This document shows, piece by piece, positions 34,630 through 45,050 of a stretch of 52,244 nucleotides of DNA. The stretch covers positions 1-52,244 of the forward strand of contig JBGULD010000028.1 of the NCBI GenBank assembly GCA_045114745.1, read 5' to 3'. The notes under the pieces are model-generated. The model ran no database searches. It was not told the DNA's origin and saw only the letters and a list, made by a program, of their open reading frames with translations. Origin of the DNA: Bacilli bacterium (lineage in GTDB: Bacteria > Bacillota_I > Bacilli_A > RFN20 > CAG-826). The stretch's first letter is position 1; each line of letters starts with the position of its first letter. The position numbers were made by a program, and so were the translations under genes.

Positions 34630-36039
34630 ATGAGAAATAATCTAGGTGTTTTATTTCCAGTTGCATCTTTAGATGGTCATCACGGAATCGGTGATTTCGG
34701 CGAACCATCAATGAGATTTATTAAGTGGTTAGCGAAGAACAATTATCGTTATTGGCAAGTTTTACCATTAAATCCTATCGGACCAGGTAATTCCCCATAT
34801 ATGTCCACTTGTTCTTATGCTTTAGAAACCCGTTACATTTCTCTTGATGAATTAGTGAAAGAGGGATTATTAAATAAAGTTCCTCTTCATAATCCACATG
34901 CAGAAAAAATCAACTATGTTGATGTCAATAATTTCAAAGAAAAATATCTCTATAAAGCTTATAAGAAATTCATGAAAAGACCTTATAGAGGATATCAGAA
35001 ATTTAAGAAAGATAATCCATGGCTTGTTCCGTATGCGATTTTCCTTAAATTAAGAGAAAAAAATTATTACAACCCTTGGAACCGTTGGAATAGGAATGAA
35101 TTAGAAGTCTTCTCGATGAAGAAAGTTCCTGACGAATATAAAGAAGTCGTGGAATATGAATCATTCAAACAATTCATCGCCTTTAGACAATGGGCCAAAG
35201 TTAGAAGATTCGCAAATAAAAACAATATTACTATCATTGCGGATTGTCCATTCTATGTCGGAATTGATTCCATCGATTGCTTACTAAATCGCGATCAATT
35301 CTTACTCGACGATTTATATCATCCCACACTCGTCAGTGGTTGCCCACCAGATGCCTTCAGTGATGATGGTCAATTATGGGGCACACCAATCTATGACTTT
35401 GAAAAAATGAAAGCGGATCGTTATAGATTCTTAATCGAACGTCTCGCTTCATACATGAAAACCTGCGATATCTTACGTCTCGACCATTTCCGCGCATTTG
35501 ATACATATTGTGTCATCCCAGCCGAAGATAATAACGCTAGACGTGGGGTTTGGAAAAATGGTCCATCATACGATTTCTTTGATGAACTATATAGACAGCA
35601 ACCTAATATTAGGTTAATTGCAGAAGACTTGGGTGATCTCTTCCCATCTGTATTAGAACTTAGAGATCATTACAACTTACCAGGCATGTTTATCGTCGAA
35701 TTTACCATCTTTGATGTTAAAGCGGAATCAACGCCGAAGACGATTGTCTATCCTGGCACCCATGACAATCAAACATTAATGGGCTGGTTAAAGACATTGC
35801 CAGAAGAAAATGTCAAATTCCTCAAGGTTAAATTCGGTGAAAATGTCAATCTATTTTCCGCCGTATTTAAATACATATTATCTCTACCTTCAATGATGAC
35901 GATTTTCCAATATCAAGATTTATTGAAGTTAGATGATAAAGCTAGGATTAACTACCCTGGCACAGTTGGAGATCAAAACTGGACCTTCAAACTGAAGAAA
36001 CTAAATACCAAATTGAAGATTGATTTATCAAATCAATAA
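34630..36039 (+). CDS. malQ: 4-alpha-glucanotransferase (amylomaltase, GH77)
   Basis: YWQVLPLNP, LRLDHFRAF (nucleophile Asp), IAEDLG (acid/base Glu), YPGTHDN. No signal peptide. Confidence 0.9.
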   Translation: MRNNLGVLFPVASLDGHHGIGDFGEPSMRFIKWLAKNNYRYWQVLPLNPIGPGNSPYMSTCSYALETRYISLDELVKEGLLNKVPLHNPHAEKINYVDVNNFKEKYLYKAYKKFMKRPYRGYQKFKKDNPWLVPYAIFLKLREKNYYNPWNRWNRNELEVFSMKKVPDEYKEVVEYESFKQFIAFRQWAKVRRFANKNNITIIADCPFYVGIDSIDCLLNRDQFLLDDLYHPTLVSGCPPDAFSDDGQLWGTPIYDFEKMKADRYRFLIERLASYMKTCDILRLDHFRAFDTYCVIPAEDNNARRGVWKNGPSYDFFDELYRQQPNIRLIAEDLGDLFPSVLELRDHYNLPGMFIVEFTIFDVKAESTPKTIVYPGTHDNQTLMGWLKTLPEENVKFLKVKFGENVNLFSAVFKYILSLPSMMTIFQYQDLLKLDDKARINYPGTVGDQNWTFKLKKLNTKLKIDLSNQ

Positions 36040-36089
36040 GATATGAAAGATTTAGTGATAGTTAAACTTTATAAGGAGAGGACCAACTT

Positions 36090-39000
36090 ATGAAAAAAGT
36101 TAGAAAAATGTTGTCGGCTTTTTTACCTCCACTTCAAGTTTTCGGCCTGGCTGTTGGTGTCTTATCATCCGCATTAGTTTTTAATGAAGCGGGGAGAGAC
36201 ACTGCTATTTATAGCAAAGAAGCATCCGTGACCGAATACGCCCACCCTGCCTTTAGTAGTGATGATGAAGATGAAGATGAAGACGTCACCGTCCAAGTCG
36301 ACAAAGTAATCCTCCATTATTACAACGAAGGTGGTGGCAATGAAGAAAGAGCCTTCTATCTTTGGGTAACTGGAGTTGATGGTGTTGAATTCAACACCAA
36401 GTTTGGTGATACCTACAATCCTGGTGGTGTCATGGTCATCGATAATACGGATTTAATGACCATTACAATCGATTTCTCTAATCCGACTTTTACCGAATTC
36501 GGTGGTCGTTCAGGGTTATATTTCATCATCAAATATGCCTTAAAAAGTGAAACCGACCTCAACTGGGGCGGTCAATCTGATGATATGTTCATTAGATATG
36601 CAGATTATCCAAACGCGATTAATGGTGATAATGTCTGTGAATTATGGACCATGCCTGCCGCTGGTGGTGGCATCGCCATTTTAGATAGCGAAGCAAAAAC
36701 CAAAGTCCATGGTGTTGCCTTAGCTCAATTCACTGATTGGAAGACAATTCACTGTACTTTAACCAGCAACACTAAGAGCGTTAATTGGAAACTTTACGCA
36801 TATGATCAAACATATTTCAAGATTAAACCAAAGAAACGTGCGGAATATCAAAAATGGTATTTGGTTAAAGAAAGTTCCGGTACTGGTGATTTTGATATTT
36901 CTTTGAAATATGAAGCGCACATCAATGTTGTTTATTCATTAGAATCACACGACCCTTCCACAGATAGCGATCCCGATATGGCGGCGTTATCAAAGGTTGT
37001 GACCGTTGGTTTTGATAAATTATATGATAGTGAAAAATTCCACACCTATTACGAACACGCCAATGAGAATGTTCAATTAGGAGCGACATATTCTAGCGAA
37101 GGAACCACCTTTAGAGTGTGGTCTCCAGTTTCCGCAAATATGAATCTCTTAGTCTATGAAAAGGACACCTCAAGCGAATATTGTGGTTCCACAGATGAAG
37201 CCACCAAGAAAGCTTATGATAAGTATCAAGCTTACCATATGCAATATAAGAGTGGTGGTATCTGGGAAGTCACAGTCAAAGGTGATTTGGAAGGAAAATA
37301 TTACAACTACCAAGTTGATAACACTTTAGGTACCAATGTTTGTATGGACCCATACGCAACTAGTGCAGGTGCAAATGGTTTGCGTGGTCTTATCTATGAT
37401 AAGAATGGTGCTAAAGTCACTCCAACTGGTTGGAATGAATTAAAGAATAAATGGGGCAGTGGTGCCTATGATATTTCCTCACCACAAGAATTAACCGTTT
37501 ATGAAGTTCACATCCAAGACTTCACCGCTGATGCTTCTTGGAACGGAACAGAAAAACCAGGTACCTACAAGGCATTTGTGGAAAAAGGTACAAGATTACA
37601 AGGTGAAACTGGCGACGATTTCTGGAAGATGACTGGTTATGATCACTTGAACGGCTTGGGCGTAAACGCTGTTCAAATCATGCCGACCTTCGATCACGAC
37701 AACAACGAAGTCGCCACTCCACTTAAATATAACTGGGGTTATAATCCTCTTAATTATAACGTCCCCGAAGGCGCGTATTCTTCAGATCCTCATGATGGAT
37801 ATGCCCGTGTAAAAGAATTTAAAGAAATGGTTTTAGGAATGTCTGAGACTGATGCTCATACACGCGTCATCATGGACGTTGTCTATAACCACGTTTCCTC
37901 CGCGACAGGATCTTGCTTCCATAAGTTGATGCCAAGATACTACTTCAGATATGCGATGAAAGATTATACATATTATTGGGAAGAAGGCGGAGTTACTAAA
38001 TCATCAACCGTCAAGCAAGGCGAATTATGGGATGGTTCAGGCTGTCATAACGAAGTCGCCTCTGAAAGACCAATGATGAGAAAATTCATCGTCGATAGCT
38101 TATGTATGTGGGCAAAAGATTACCAAATCAAAGGTTTCAGATTTGACCTTATGGGTTTAATCGATTTCCAAACCATGATTGCCGCGAAGAAAGCTTTATA
38201 TCAAATTGATCCTGATATTTATCTATATGGTGAAGGCTGGACCAGTGGTGGATACCATGGTGAAGGTTCTTCCGAATATAACGAATATTATGGTGGTACA
38301 CCTCATAACTATGGCGCCTTTACATGGCAAGTCTATAACGAATGTAATAACTTCCGTAATGGCACAATTACTGACGAAATCTACTTAGGTGGATTCAACG
38401 ATACTTTCCGTAATGCTGTTAAAGGTAGCAACGACGGTGGTGGCGGTGGCTATCCTGGTGAAGGATGGGTCCAACGCGGTAACTATGTTGGTACGGAATT
38501 CAAAGATGATTTCCTCAGCGCAGTTGCGACTGGCTTATGGGGTCTAAATATTGGTGTCCATGGTAATGGTCAGCAAGGCAATAACGATAATACAGGTCGC
38601 TTCCCAGAACAAACAGTTAACTATGTTAGCTGTCACGATAACTGGACAGTGAGAGACCAATTATTCCAAACCTTATTAAATAAGGGTGCTGATCCTAGCT
38701 CAATTGGTGATAGAGTCCTTAGAGCCTCTATCCAATCTCACGCGATTACATTTGCTTCTAATGGTGTCGCATTCATCCTTGGTGGTGAAGAATTATTGAG
38801 AACCAAAACTGTTAAAGATGCAGCCGGTAGTTACGACTATACCGCTAATGTCGCTGATAAAGACTCTTATAGAGCCATGTATGGCAATATCATTAGCCAC
38901 AACTCTTATAACTCTCCAATCGAAGTTAACTCCTTCAAATGGGGAAATAAGAAAGAAGTGACATTTGTTGGCGAAAAAGATAGTGTCGCATTCACATCAA

Positions 39001-39404
39001 CAGTTCAAAATAGCGTCTACAACTATTGCGATGCATTCAGAACCATTATTAGAATGCATAACTACGATGTGGGTAACAACAAACGCACATTCAAACGTGG
39101 TGAAAACGTGGGCTCAATTGAAGAACTCGGCTTCCCATGGGCTAACTACTGGTGGTCCAAAACCAATCAAGATATGACACAAGCAAGTAACTGTGTCGCA
39201 ATTAACTTATTCAACGAAAGAACAGTGTTATTATTTGTTGGTCCAGGTTTAGGCGAAGCAGGTAACTATTTAAGGAATGCTGTCGATCTCAGAGATGATT
39301 CTAGAAGAATCTTCCAATATGGAGATTGGTATAAAGATAGCGATCATTATGGACCAGATGGTAGCCAAGGAGCATGGAACGCCGTGCTGATTGGTAGACC
39401 ATAA
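36090..39404 (+). CDS. pulA: Type I pullulanase (GH13), membrane-anchored/secreted, 1104 aa
   Basis: N-terminal hydrophobic anchor. LHYYNEGG...FYLWV (PUD-like). YNWGYNP, VIMDVVYNHV, GFRFDLMG, YGEGW, YVSCHDN. Confidence 0.88.
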   Translation: MKKVRKMLSAFLPPLQVFGLAVGVLSSALVFNEAGRDTAIYSKEASVTEYAHPAFSSDDEDEDEDVTVQVDKVILHYYNEGGGNEERAFYLWVTGVDGVEFNTKFGDTYNPGGVMVIDNTDLMTITIDFSNPTFTEFGGRSGLYFIIKYALKSETDLNWGGQSDDMFIRYADYPNAINGDNVCELWTMPAAGGGIAILDSEAKTKVHGVALAQFTDWKTIHCTLTSNTKSVNWKLYAYDQTYFKIKPKKRAEYQKWYLVKESSGTGDFDISLKYEAHINVVYSLESHDPSTDSDPDMAALSKVVTVGFDKLYDSEKFHTYYEHANENVQLGATYSSEGTTFRVWSPVSANMNLLVYEKDTSSEYCGSTDEATKKAYDKYQAYHMQYKSGGIWEVTVKGDLEGKYYNYQVDNTLGTNVCMDPYATSAGANGLRGLIYDKNGAKVTPTGWNELKNKWGSGAYDISSPQELTVYEVHIQDFTADASWNGTEKPGTYKAFVEKGTRLQGETGDDFWKMTGYDHLNGLGVNAVQIMPTFDHDNNEVATPLKYNWGYNPLNYNVPEGAYSSDPHDGYARVKEFKEMVLGMSETDAHTRVIMDVVYNHVSSATGSCFHKLMPRYYFRYAMKDYTYYWEEGGVTKSSTVKQGELWDGSGCHNEVASERPMMRKFIVDSLCMWAKDYQIKGFRFDLMGLIDFQTMIAAKKALYQIDPDIYLYGEGWTSGGYHGEGSSEYNEYYGGTPHNYGAFTWQVYNECNNFRNGTITDEIYLGGFNDTFRNAVKGSNDGGGGGYPGEGWVQRGNYVGTEFKDDFLSAVATGLWGLNIGVHGNGQQGNNDNTGRFPEQTVNYVSCHDNWTVRDQLFQTLLNKGADPSSIGDRVLRASIQSHAITFASNGVAFILGGEELLRTKTVKDAAGSYDYTANVADKDSYRAMYGNIISHNSYNSPIEVNSFKWGNKKEVTFVGEKDSVAFTSTVQNSVYNYCDAFRTIIRMHNYDVGNNKRTFKRGENVGSIEELGFPWANYWWSKTNQDMTQASNCVAINLFNERTVLLFVGPGLGEAGNYLRNAVDLRDDSRRIFQYGDWYKDSDHYGPDGSQGAWNAVLIGRP

Positions 39405-39420
39405 GAAAGGAGGACAATAT

Positions 39421-39804
39421 ATGAAAAAGAAATTACTATTATTGACATTATTGGTTCCTCTCTTCCTCTCTTGTTCAGGCAGTGAGACATATAAACCGAG
39501 ATTCCCATATCCAGGTGAAGATCCAGAAATTAAAGAAGAAGATATGACTATCAACTTCTATCTTGATTATTCTCACTCAGATGAACCAATTTATTCGATG
39601 AGATGGTACATGCTAGAACCTTTAGGTTCTTGCCCAGCCGAAGCTGTCTTAACAGACGCGGACGCTCCCGATCCACTTTATCCAACATTTATCGGTTATT
39701 CTGAATTCTCCTCATCTTTGGATGAAGACCACATTTGGAATTTTGCAACCGATTATAAACAATCCAATGTCTTAAATCTTTATGGCATTTGGGTGAAGAA
39801 ATAG
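39421..39804 (+). CDS. Small lipoprotein of unknown function
   Basis: Start at MKKKLLLLTLLVPLFLSCSG (AGGAGG SD 7 nt upstream; lipobox LFLSC). The C-terminal FIGYSEF...WNFATDY...LNLYGIWV resembles the Listeria-Bacteroides repeat pattern. Confidence 0.6.
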   Translation: MKKKLLLLTLLVPLFLSCSGSETYKPRFPYPGEDPEIKEEDMTINFYLDYSHSDEPIYSMRWYMLEPLGSCPAEAVLTDADAPDPLYPTFIGYSEFSSSLDEDHIWNFATDYKQSNVLNLYGIWVKK

Positions 39805-39815
39805 GAGGTATAAGT

Positions 39816-41111
39816 ATGAACGTTAAAATGTTTAGAAGATCATTACTCATCCTCCCTGCCTTATTGTTATCAGCGTGTAACTTTAAATACACATATAACA
39901 TTCAAGGTTTAGTTATCTCTGGTGCTGATTTCGACGATGGAGACGACATCGACGATAGCGGTTCCTATGATGTAAAAATTTGGGTGGACGATAAAATCGT
40001 CAACTTAACCAAATCACAAATTGGTCAATTTGTTGCCGCTAGCGGTGGCAAATATAAGATTAACGCAACCATCGAACCAGTCGGTGAAGCAAGTGCAGCT
40101 AGCAGTATGCTCCAAGACGTTCAAGATGGTGCTGATATCTTCTGCTTTGCTCAAGACCAATTATCAAGATTAAAAGTCGCTGGTGCTTTAGCCAAATTAA
40201 GCAACACCTATGTCGCTAATCTTGAAAAAGAAATGGGTGAAGAAGCTGTTAACGCAGCGCGTGTTAATAGCGATGTCTATGCTTTCCCAATCACTTCTGA
40301 TAACGGATATTTCTTATATTACGATAGAAGTGTAGTGAGCGATGAAGCAGCACAAAATATGACTACTTTACTCGCTGCTTGTAAGGATAAAGGCAAGACA
40401 CTTAACTTCGAAGCTAGAAGCAATGGCTTCTATGCCGCTTCATATTTCATGGCTACCGGTTGTTATTCCTCTTGGAAACTCAACTCCGAAAGTGGCAAAT
40501 TTGAATCATATGAAGATAATTACAATTCCGCAGCTGGACTCGTCGCCGCGAAAGGTTTGAAAGAACTCGATAATAAAGCTCTTGTGGCCACAAACTCGCA
40601 AGCTTCTAAATTAGGTTCTTCTTCCGCAGCGGTTGTCTCTGGTATTTGGGAATACGAAGTTGCTTTAAAGAACTTAGGCGAAGATAGATTAGGATGTGCT
40701 CCACTTCCAAGCTTTACAGTCAACGAAGGAACATACCATCTATCCAGCTTTGATGGCTATAAACTTCTCGGTGTCAAACCACAAGTCGACGCCAAAAAAG
40801 CTTCTGTCTGCCGTAAGATCGCTAGATTCTTAACTGGCGAAGATTGCCAAGGACAGAGATTCGATGAAGCTAGCTGGGGTCCAACAAACATCGCCGCTTC
40901 TCAAAAACCAAGTGTTTTAGCGCATAAAGGCTTAGCGGCCTTAACCGCGCAACACCAATATGCAAAACCACAAGGACAGTGTCCAGGTAGCTGGTTTACC
41001 GCTTTAGCAACGACTGCGAAAGCCGTAACTGCCAGTGCAAGCGATGAACAAATCAGAGTCATCCTTCAAAACTATGAAAATGGTTTACCTGAACTACTTG
41101 ATTCCGACTAG
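39816..41111 (+). CDS. ABC transporter substrate-binding lipoprotein (family 1, maltodextrin-type by context)
   Basis: Start MNVKMFRR after GGAGG. Lipobox LLLSAC. The ~430-aa size and position immediately upstream of the MalF/MalG-like permeases fit this call. Confidence 0.7.
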   Translation: MNVKMFRRSLLILPALLLSACNFKYTYNIQGLVISGADFDDGDDIDDSGSYDVKIWVDDKIVNLTKSQIGQFVAASGGKYKINATIEPVGEASAASSMLQDVQDGADIFCFAQDQLSRLKVAGALAKLSNTYVANLEKEMGEEAVNAARVNSDVYAFPITSDNGYFLYYDRSVVSDEAAQNMTTLLAACKDKGKTLNFEARSNGFYAASYFMATGCYSSWKLNSESGKFESYEDNYNSAAGLVAAKGLKELDNKALVATNSQASKLGSSSAAVVSGIWEYEVALKNLGEDRLGCAPLPSFTVNEGTYHLSSFDGYKLLGVKPQVDAKKASVCRKIARFLTGEDCQGQRFDEASWGPTNIAASQKPSVLAHKGLAALTAQHQYAKPQGQCPGSWFTALATTAKAVTASASDEQIRVILQNYENGLPELLDSD

Positions 41112-41125
41112 AAGGGGGTGAAGAT

Positions 41126-42628
41126 ATGGCTCAAGTTAATGAATTAGAATATCTTAAGCTGAACAAACTCCAAAGATTTGGTGTTAAGTTCGTCGCCTTC
41201 TTCAAGGCTATTCCTGGATGGTTTAAGAACTTAGGACTTAAAATCGGAAGATTCTTCAAGAATCTTTTCTGGGGCGTTGTCAACTGGTTCAAATTTATCG
41301 GTTTGACATTTGTTCGCGGAGATTGGAAAACTAAAGTTTCCTACTTCGTCATGGGCTTCGGCTCAGTGATGAGAGGACAATGGCTAAGAGGTATATTATT
41401 CTTCATCTTTGAAATAATATTCATTCTCTATTTAGTCTTCTTTGGGGGTCAATATCTCGGAAGATTATATATCTTAGGTAGTGTTGGCTCCACAACCAGT
41501 GATAACGGCACAATTATCTATGGTGAAAACTCCTTTAACATCTTGTTGTATGGCGTTTTGACATTATTCTTCATTGTTGCCTTCATTTACACCTGGTATT
41601 TAAACATCAAACAAAATCAAATTGGTGAAGAGCTCGAAAAAGCTAACAAGAAACTTGCCACCGCAAAAGACGATGTCAAAGCTCTTGTTGATCGTGATTT
41701 CTATAAGACACTTCTTGCTTTACCTGCAATCGGTATCTTGATCTTCACAGTCTTACCAATCTTCTTCATGATTTTGGTGGCATTCACCAACTATGATAAA
41801 TCTCACTTCCCACCACAAAACCTCTTCGGTTGGGTTGGATTTGATAACTTCGCTCTCTTGTTCAACTGGACGAATAGTGATGGAGCAAGCTTCTCCATGA
41901 CCTTCGGTCAAATCTTACTTTGGACATTAGTGTGGGCGTTCTTCGCCACCTTCACCAACTACTTCTTAGGTATGTTAGTGGCGATGTTAATTAATAAAAA
42001 AGGAATTAAATTGAAGAAGTTATGGAGAACGATTCTCGTCTTCTCAATCGCCATTCCACAATTCATTTCTATCTTGTTTGTCTCTAACATGTTCCAAACC
42101 GATGGTATTATCAACGGTATCTTGGGAACATTAAGCGGTGGCAAAGTTGTCATCGACTTCTGGGGCAACACAACACTGGCAAGAATTACCGTCATCATCA
42201 TCAACATTTGGATTGGTGTTCCATACTTGATGCTCGTTGTTACTGGTATCTTGATGAATATTCCAGCTGACTTATACGAGTCCGCGAATATCGATGGTGC
42301 GAGTGCCTGGCAACAATATAGTAAGATTACCCTTCCTTATATGTTATTTATTACTGGTCCGTACTTACTGACGAGTTTCACCGGTAATATGAATAACTTC
42401 AATGTTATATATCTATTAACTGGTGGTGGACCAAAGGTCCAAGAATACTATGGTAACGCTGGTAAAACCGACTTATTAATTACTTGGTTGTTCTCCTTAG
42501 CGGTCAACGATACCAACTATAAATTAGCCGCGGTTATCGGTATTATGGTGTTCATCGTCGTCGCGGTCTTATCACTCATTATCTATAACATTATTCCATC
42601 TACACGTAATGAGGAGGAATTCCAATAA
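41126..42628 (+). CDS. Sugar ABC permease, MalF/MdxF-like (long N-terminal extension)
   Basis: Multiple TMs. EAA loop ESANIDGASAWQQYSKITLPYM. Confidence 0.85.
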   Translation: MAQVNELEYLKLNKLQRFGVKFVAFFKAIPGWFKNLGLKIGRFFKNLFWGVVNWFKFIGLTFVRGDWKTKVSYFVMGFGSVMRGQWLRGILFFIFEIIFILYLVFFGGQYLGRLYILGSVGSTTSDNGTIIYGENSFNILLYGVLTLFFIVAFIYTWYLNIKQNQIGEELEKANKKLATAKDDVKALVDRDFYKTLLALPAIGILIFTVLPIFFMILVAFTNYDKSHFPPQNLFGWVGFDNFALLFNWTNSDGASFSMTFGQILLWTLVWAFFATFTNYFLGMLVAMLINKKGIKLKKLWRTILVFSIAIPQFISILFVSNMFQTDGIINGILGTLSGGKVVIDFWGNTTLARITVIIINIWIGVPYLMLVVTGILMNIPADLYESANIDGASAWQQYSKITLPYMLFITGPYLLTSFTGNMNNFNVIYLLTGGGPKVQEYYGNAGKTDLLITWLFSLAVNDTNYKLAAVIGIMVFIVVAVLSLIIYNIIPSTRNEEEFQ

Positions 42629-42629
42629 T

Positions 42630-43499
42630 ATGGCAAGCGAAAAACACAGCATGTCGATGTCCAAGAAAAAGGCGATTGTTAACACTGTTTCCTATATCGT
42701 CTTGGCGTTGATCTCAATTATATGGATCCTTCCATTCATCTTCTTAGTGCTTAAGTCCTTCGATATCGGTAATACCGGTGTCACTAGAGACTTATTACCA
42801 AGCAAATGGGGATTTGATAATTATTCATATCTCTTCTCCAGCGAATGTAACTTCTTACAATGGTATTTCAATACCTTCATCATTGCGTTATTTGTCTGCG
42901 TCATTCAAACAATTATGCAATTTATGATGGCTTACACATTATCGAGATTTAGATTCAAACTTCGTAAGCCATTAATGAACATCATGTTAGTTCTCGGCAT
43001 GTTCCCTGGATTCTTAACAATGATCGTTCTCTATCAAATCTTAAAAACAATCGGATTAACTGGTGATAACGCAGTTCCCGGTTTGATCCTTGTTTATGTC
43101 GCTTCCTCTGGTATGGGTTATTACGTTATCAAGGGATTCCTTGATACCTTACCAAAATCACTCGATGAAGCGGCGTTGGTCGACGGAGCGAATAGATTAC
43201 AAATCTTCGTCAAAGTAATTATTCCTCTTTGTAAACCAATTCTCATTTATACCATCTTGACATCATTCATGGGACCGTGGGGTGACTTCGTCTTCGCCTA
43301 TACCGTCTCGCTTGGTTCTCAAGCAGGTATGAACGTTGCTGCTGGTCTTAACTCTTGGTTAAGCGCAGCGAATATCGGTTCACACTTCACCCATTTCTGT
43401 GCGGGTGGTGTGATTGTCGCCATTCCAGTTATGGTCCTCTTCATGTTCTTGCAGAAATACTATGTTGAGGGTGTTACTGGTGGTGCTGTTAAAGGATAG
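42630..43499 (+). CDS. Sugar ABC permease, MalG/MdxG-like
   Basis: Start at MASEKHS after GAGGAGG. EAA loop DEAALVDGANRLQIFVKVIIPL. Confidence 0.85.
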   Translation: MASEKHSMSMSKKKAIVNTVSYIVLALISIIWILPFIFLVLKSFDIGNTGVTRDLLPSKWGFDNYSYLFSSECNFLQWYFNTFIIALFVCVIQTIMQFMMAYTLSRFRFKLRKPLMNIMLVLGMFPGFLTMIVLYQILKTIGLTGDNAVPGLILVYVASSGMGYYVIKGFLDTLPKSLDEAALVDGANRLQIFVKVIIPLCKPILIYTILTSFMGPWGDFVFAYTVSLGSQAGMNVAAGLNSWLSAANIGSHFTHFCAGGVIVAIPVMVLFMFLQKYYVEGVTGGAVKG

Positions 43500-43510
43500 G
43501 AGGCTAAATT

Positions 43511-45034
43511 ATGGCTACTGTAGAATTAAAAGATGTAAAGAAAATTTATCCTGGTGGTGTTGAAGTTGTTCACAAATTCAACCTCTCCATTAAAGACAAA
43601 GAATTCATTGTCTTCGTCGGTCCTTCGGGATGTGGTAAATCCACAACTTTAAGAATGGTCGCGGGTCTAGAAGAAATATCCGCCGGTACCGTTTCTATTG
43701 ATGGAGAAATCGTTAACGATTTACAACCAAAAGATCGTCACATTTCCATGGTCTTCCAAAACTATGCCTTATATCCGCACTTAACAGTTTACGAAAATAT
43801 GGCCTTCCCATTAAGACTCGATAAGAAAGAAAGAGTCATGGAGCTTTCCGAAGAAGAAAAAGCGAAAGCTCAAGCGGAAATCGAGAAATTAAATGCCGAA
43901 AAGCAATCTAATCCCGGTAATGCCAGTAAGTGCGATAAGAGAATCGCGAAATTAGAAGACGAAATGCAAAATGGTCGTAAACAAAAAGGTTACACTAACG
44001 ACCAAATCTACGAGAGAGTGACAAGCGCGGCTAAAGTTCTTGGTATTACTCAATATTTAACCCGTAAACCAAAGGCTCTATCTGGTGGTCAAAGACAACG
44101 TGTCGCCATCGGACGTGCGATGGTTAAGGATTGTAAAGTGTTCTTAATGGACGAACCATTATCTAACTTAGACGCTAAACTCCGTAACCAAATGAGAGCG
44201 GAAATCATTCTCTTAAGAAAACGTATTAATACAACATTCATCTATGTTACCCATGACCAAACCGAAGCTATGACCTTAGGTGATAGAATCGTCTGTTTGA
44301 AAGATGGTTACATTATGCAAGTCGGTTCACCAAGTGAATTATTCGATATGCCTGCTAACTTATTCGTCGCCCAATTTATCGGTGCGCCAATGATGAACAC
44401 AGTTAACTGTGGTCTCTCTCACGAAGGTGGCAAATATTATGTCAATCCATTTGGGCATAAATTAATCGTTGATGGTGAAAAAGCTAAAGCTTTGAAAGCC
44501 AAAGGTATCGAGAATCAAATGGTCATTTTAGGTGTTAGACCTGAACACGTCCAACTCGCTAAAGGAAAAGGCGATAACGCCATTCCAGTGGAAATTCTCG
44601 TTAACGAAATGATGGGTAGTGAATATCACTTACACGTCCAAACCGAAGAAGGTACACAACTAGTGGTCAGAATCCCAACCATTAATCTCAGTGAAGAAGA
44701 AAGAGAAAATATGGTTATGGGTAGTAAGATCTTCATCACCTTCGAAGGCAAAGCTATGCACTTCTTCAATCCAGAAAATGAACGCAATTTATTAGTTGAT
44801 GAAATCTATGGTCCAGACGCCGTCGCTTTAGAGCTTGAAGCGGAAAAAGGCGAAGCTAAACCAGAAGAAAAAGTTGAAGAAAAACCTCAAGAAGAGCAAC
44901 CACAAGAAGCTCCAGTTGAAGAACCATTAGACGAACCACAAGTGGAAGAACATCAACCTGATGAAGTCGCTAAAGATGATAAGACTGATTTAGTTGTTGA
45001 ACCAGGAGCTGAAGAAGCCACACCAGAACAATAG
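43511..45034 (+). CDS. msmX: MsmX/MalK-type sugar ABC ATPase with a ~54-aa helical-domain insertion and an ~80-aa acidic/Pro-rich tail
   Basis: Walker A GPSGCGKST, Q-loop MVFQNYALYPH, signature LSGGQRQR, Walker B FLMDEPLSNLD, H-loop YVTHDQ. The insertion lies at ~43820-43990 and the tail at ~44783-45031. Confidence 0.88.
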   Translation: MATVELKDVKKIYPGGVEVVHKFNLSIKDKEFIVFVGPSGCGKSTTLRMVAGLEEISAGTVSIDGEIVNDLQPKDRHISMVFQNYALYPHLTVYENMAFPLRLDKKERVMELSEEEKAKAQAEIEKLNAEKQSNPGNASKCDKRIAKLEDEMQNGRKQKGYTNDQIYERVTSAAKVLGITQYLTRKPKALSGGQRQRVAIGRAMVKDCKVFLMDEPLSNLDAKLRNQMRAEIILLRKRINTTFIYVTHDQTEAMTLGDRIVCLKDGYIMQVGSPSELFDMPANLFVAQFIGAPMMNTVNCGLSHEGGKYYVNPFGHKLIVDGEKAKALKAKGIENQMVILGVRPEHVQLAKGKGDNAIPVEILVNEMMGSEYHLHVQTEEGTQLVVRIPTINLSEEERENMVMGSKIFITFEGKAMHFFNPENERNLLVDEIYGPDAVALELEAEKGEAKPEEKVEEKPQEEQPQEAPVEEPLDEPQVEEHQPDEVAKDDKTDLVVEPGAEEATPEQ

Positions 45035-45050
45035 TAAGGAGAGTTTTTAG

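Noticed and set aside
36255-36290. GAT/GAA trinucleotide run encoding SSDDEDEDEDV in the pullulanase, as a possible phase-variation repeat.
   Set aside because: The run is in-frame and short, so slippage would only change the acidic linker length. I noticed no long homopolymer tract near the 5' ends of the surface-protein genes that could give on/off switching.
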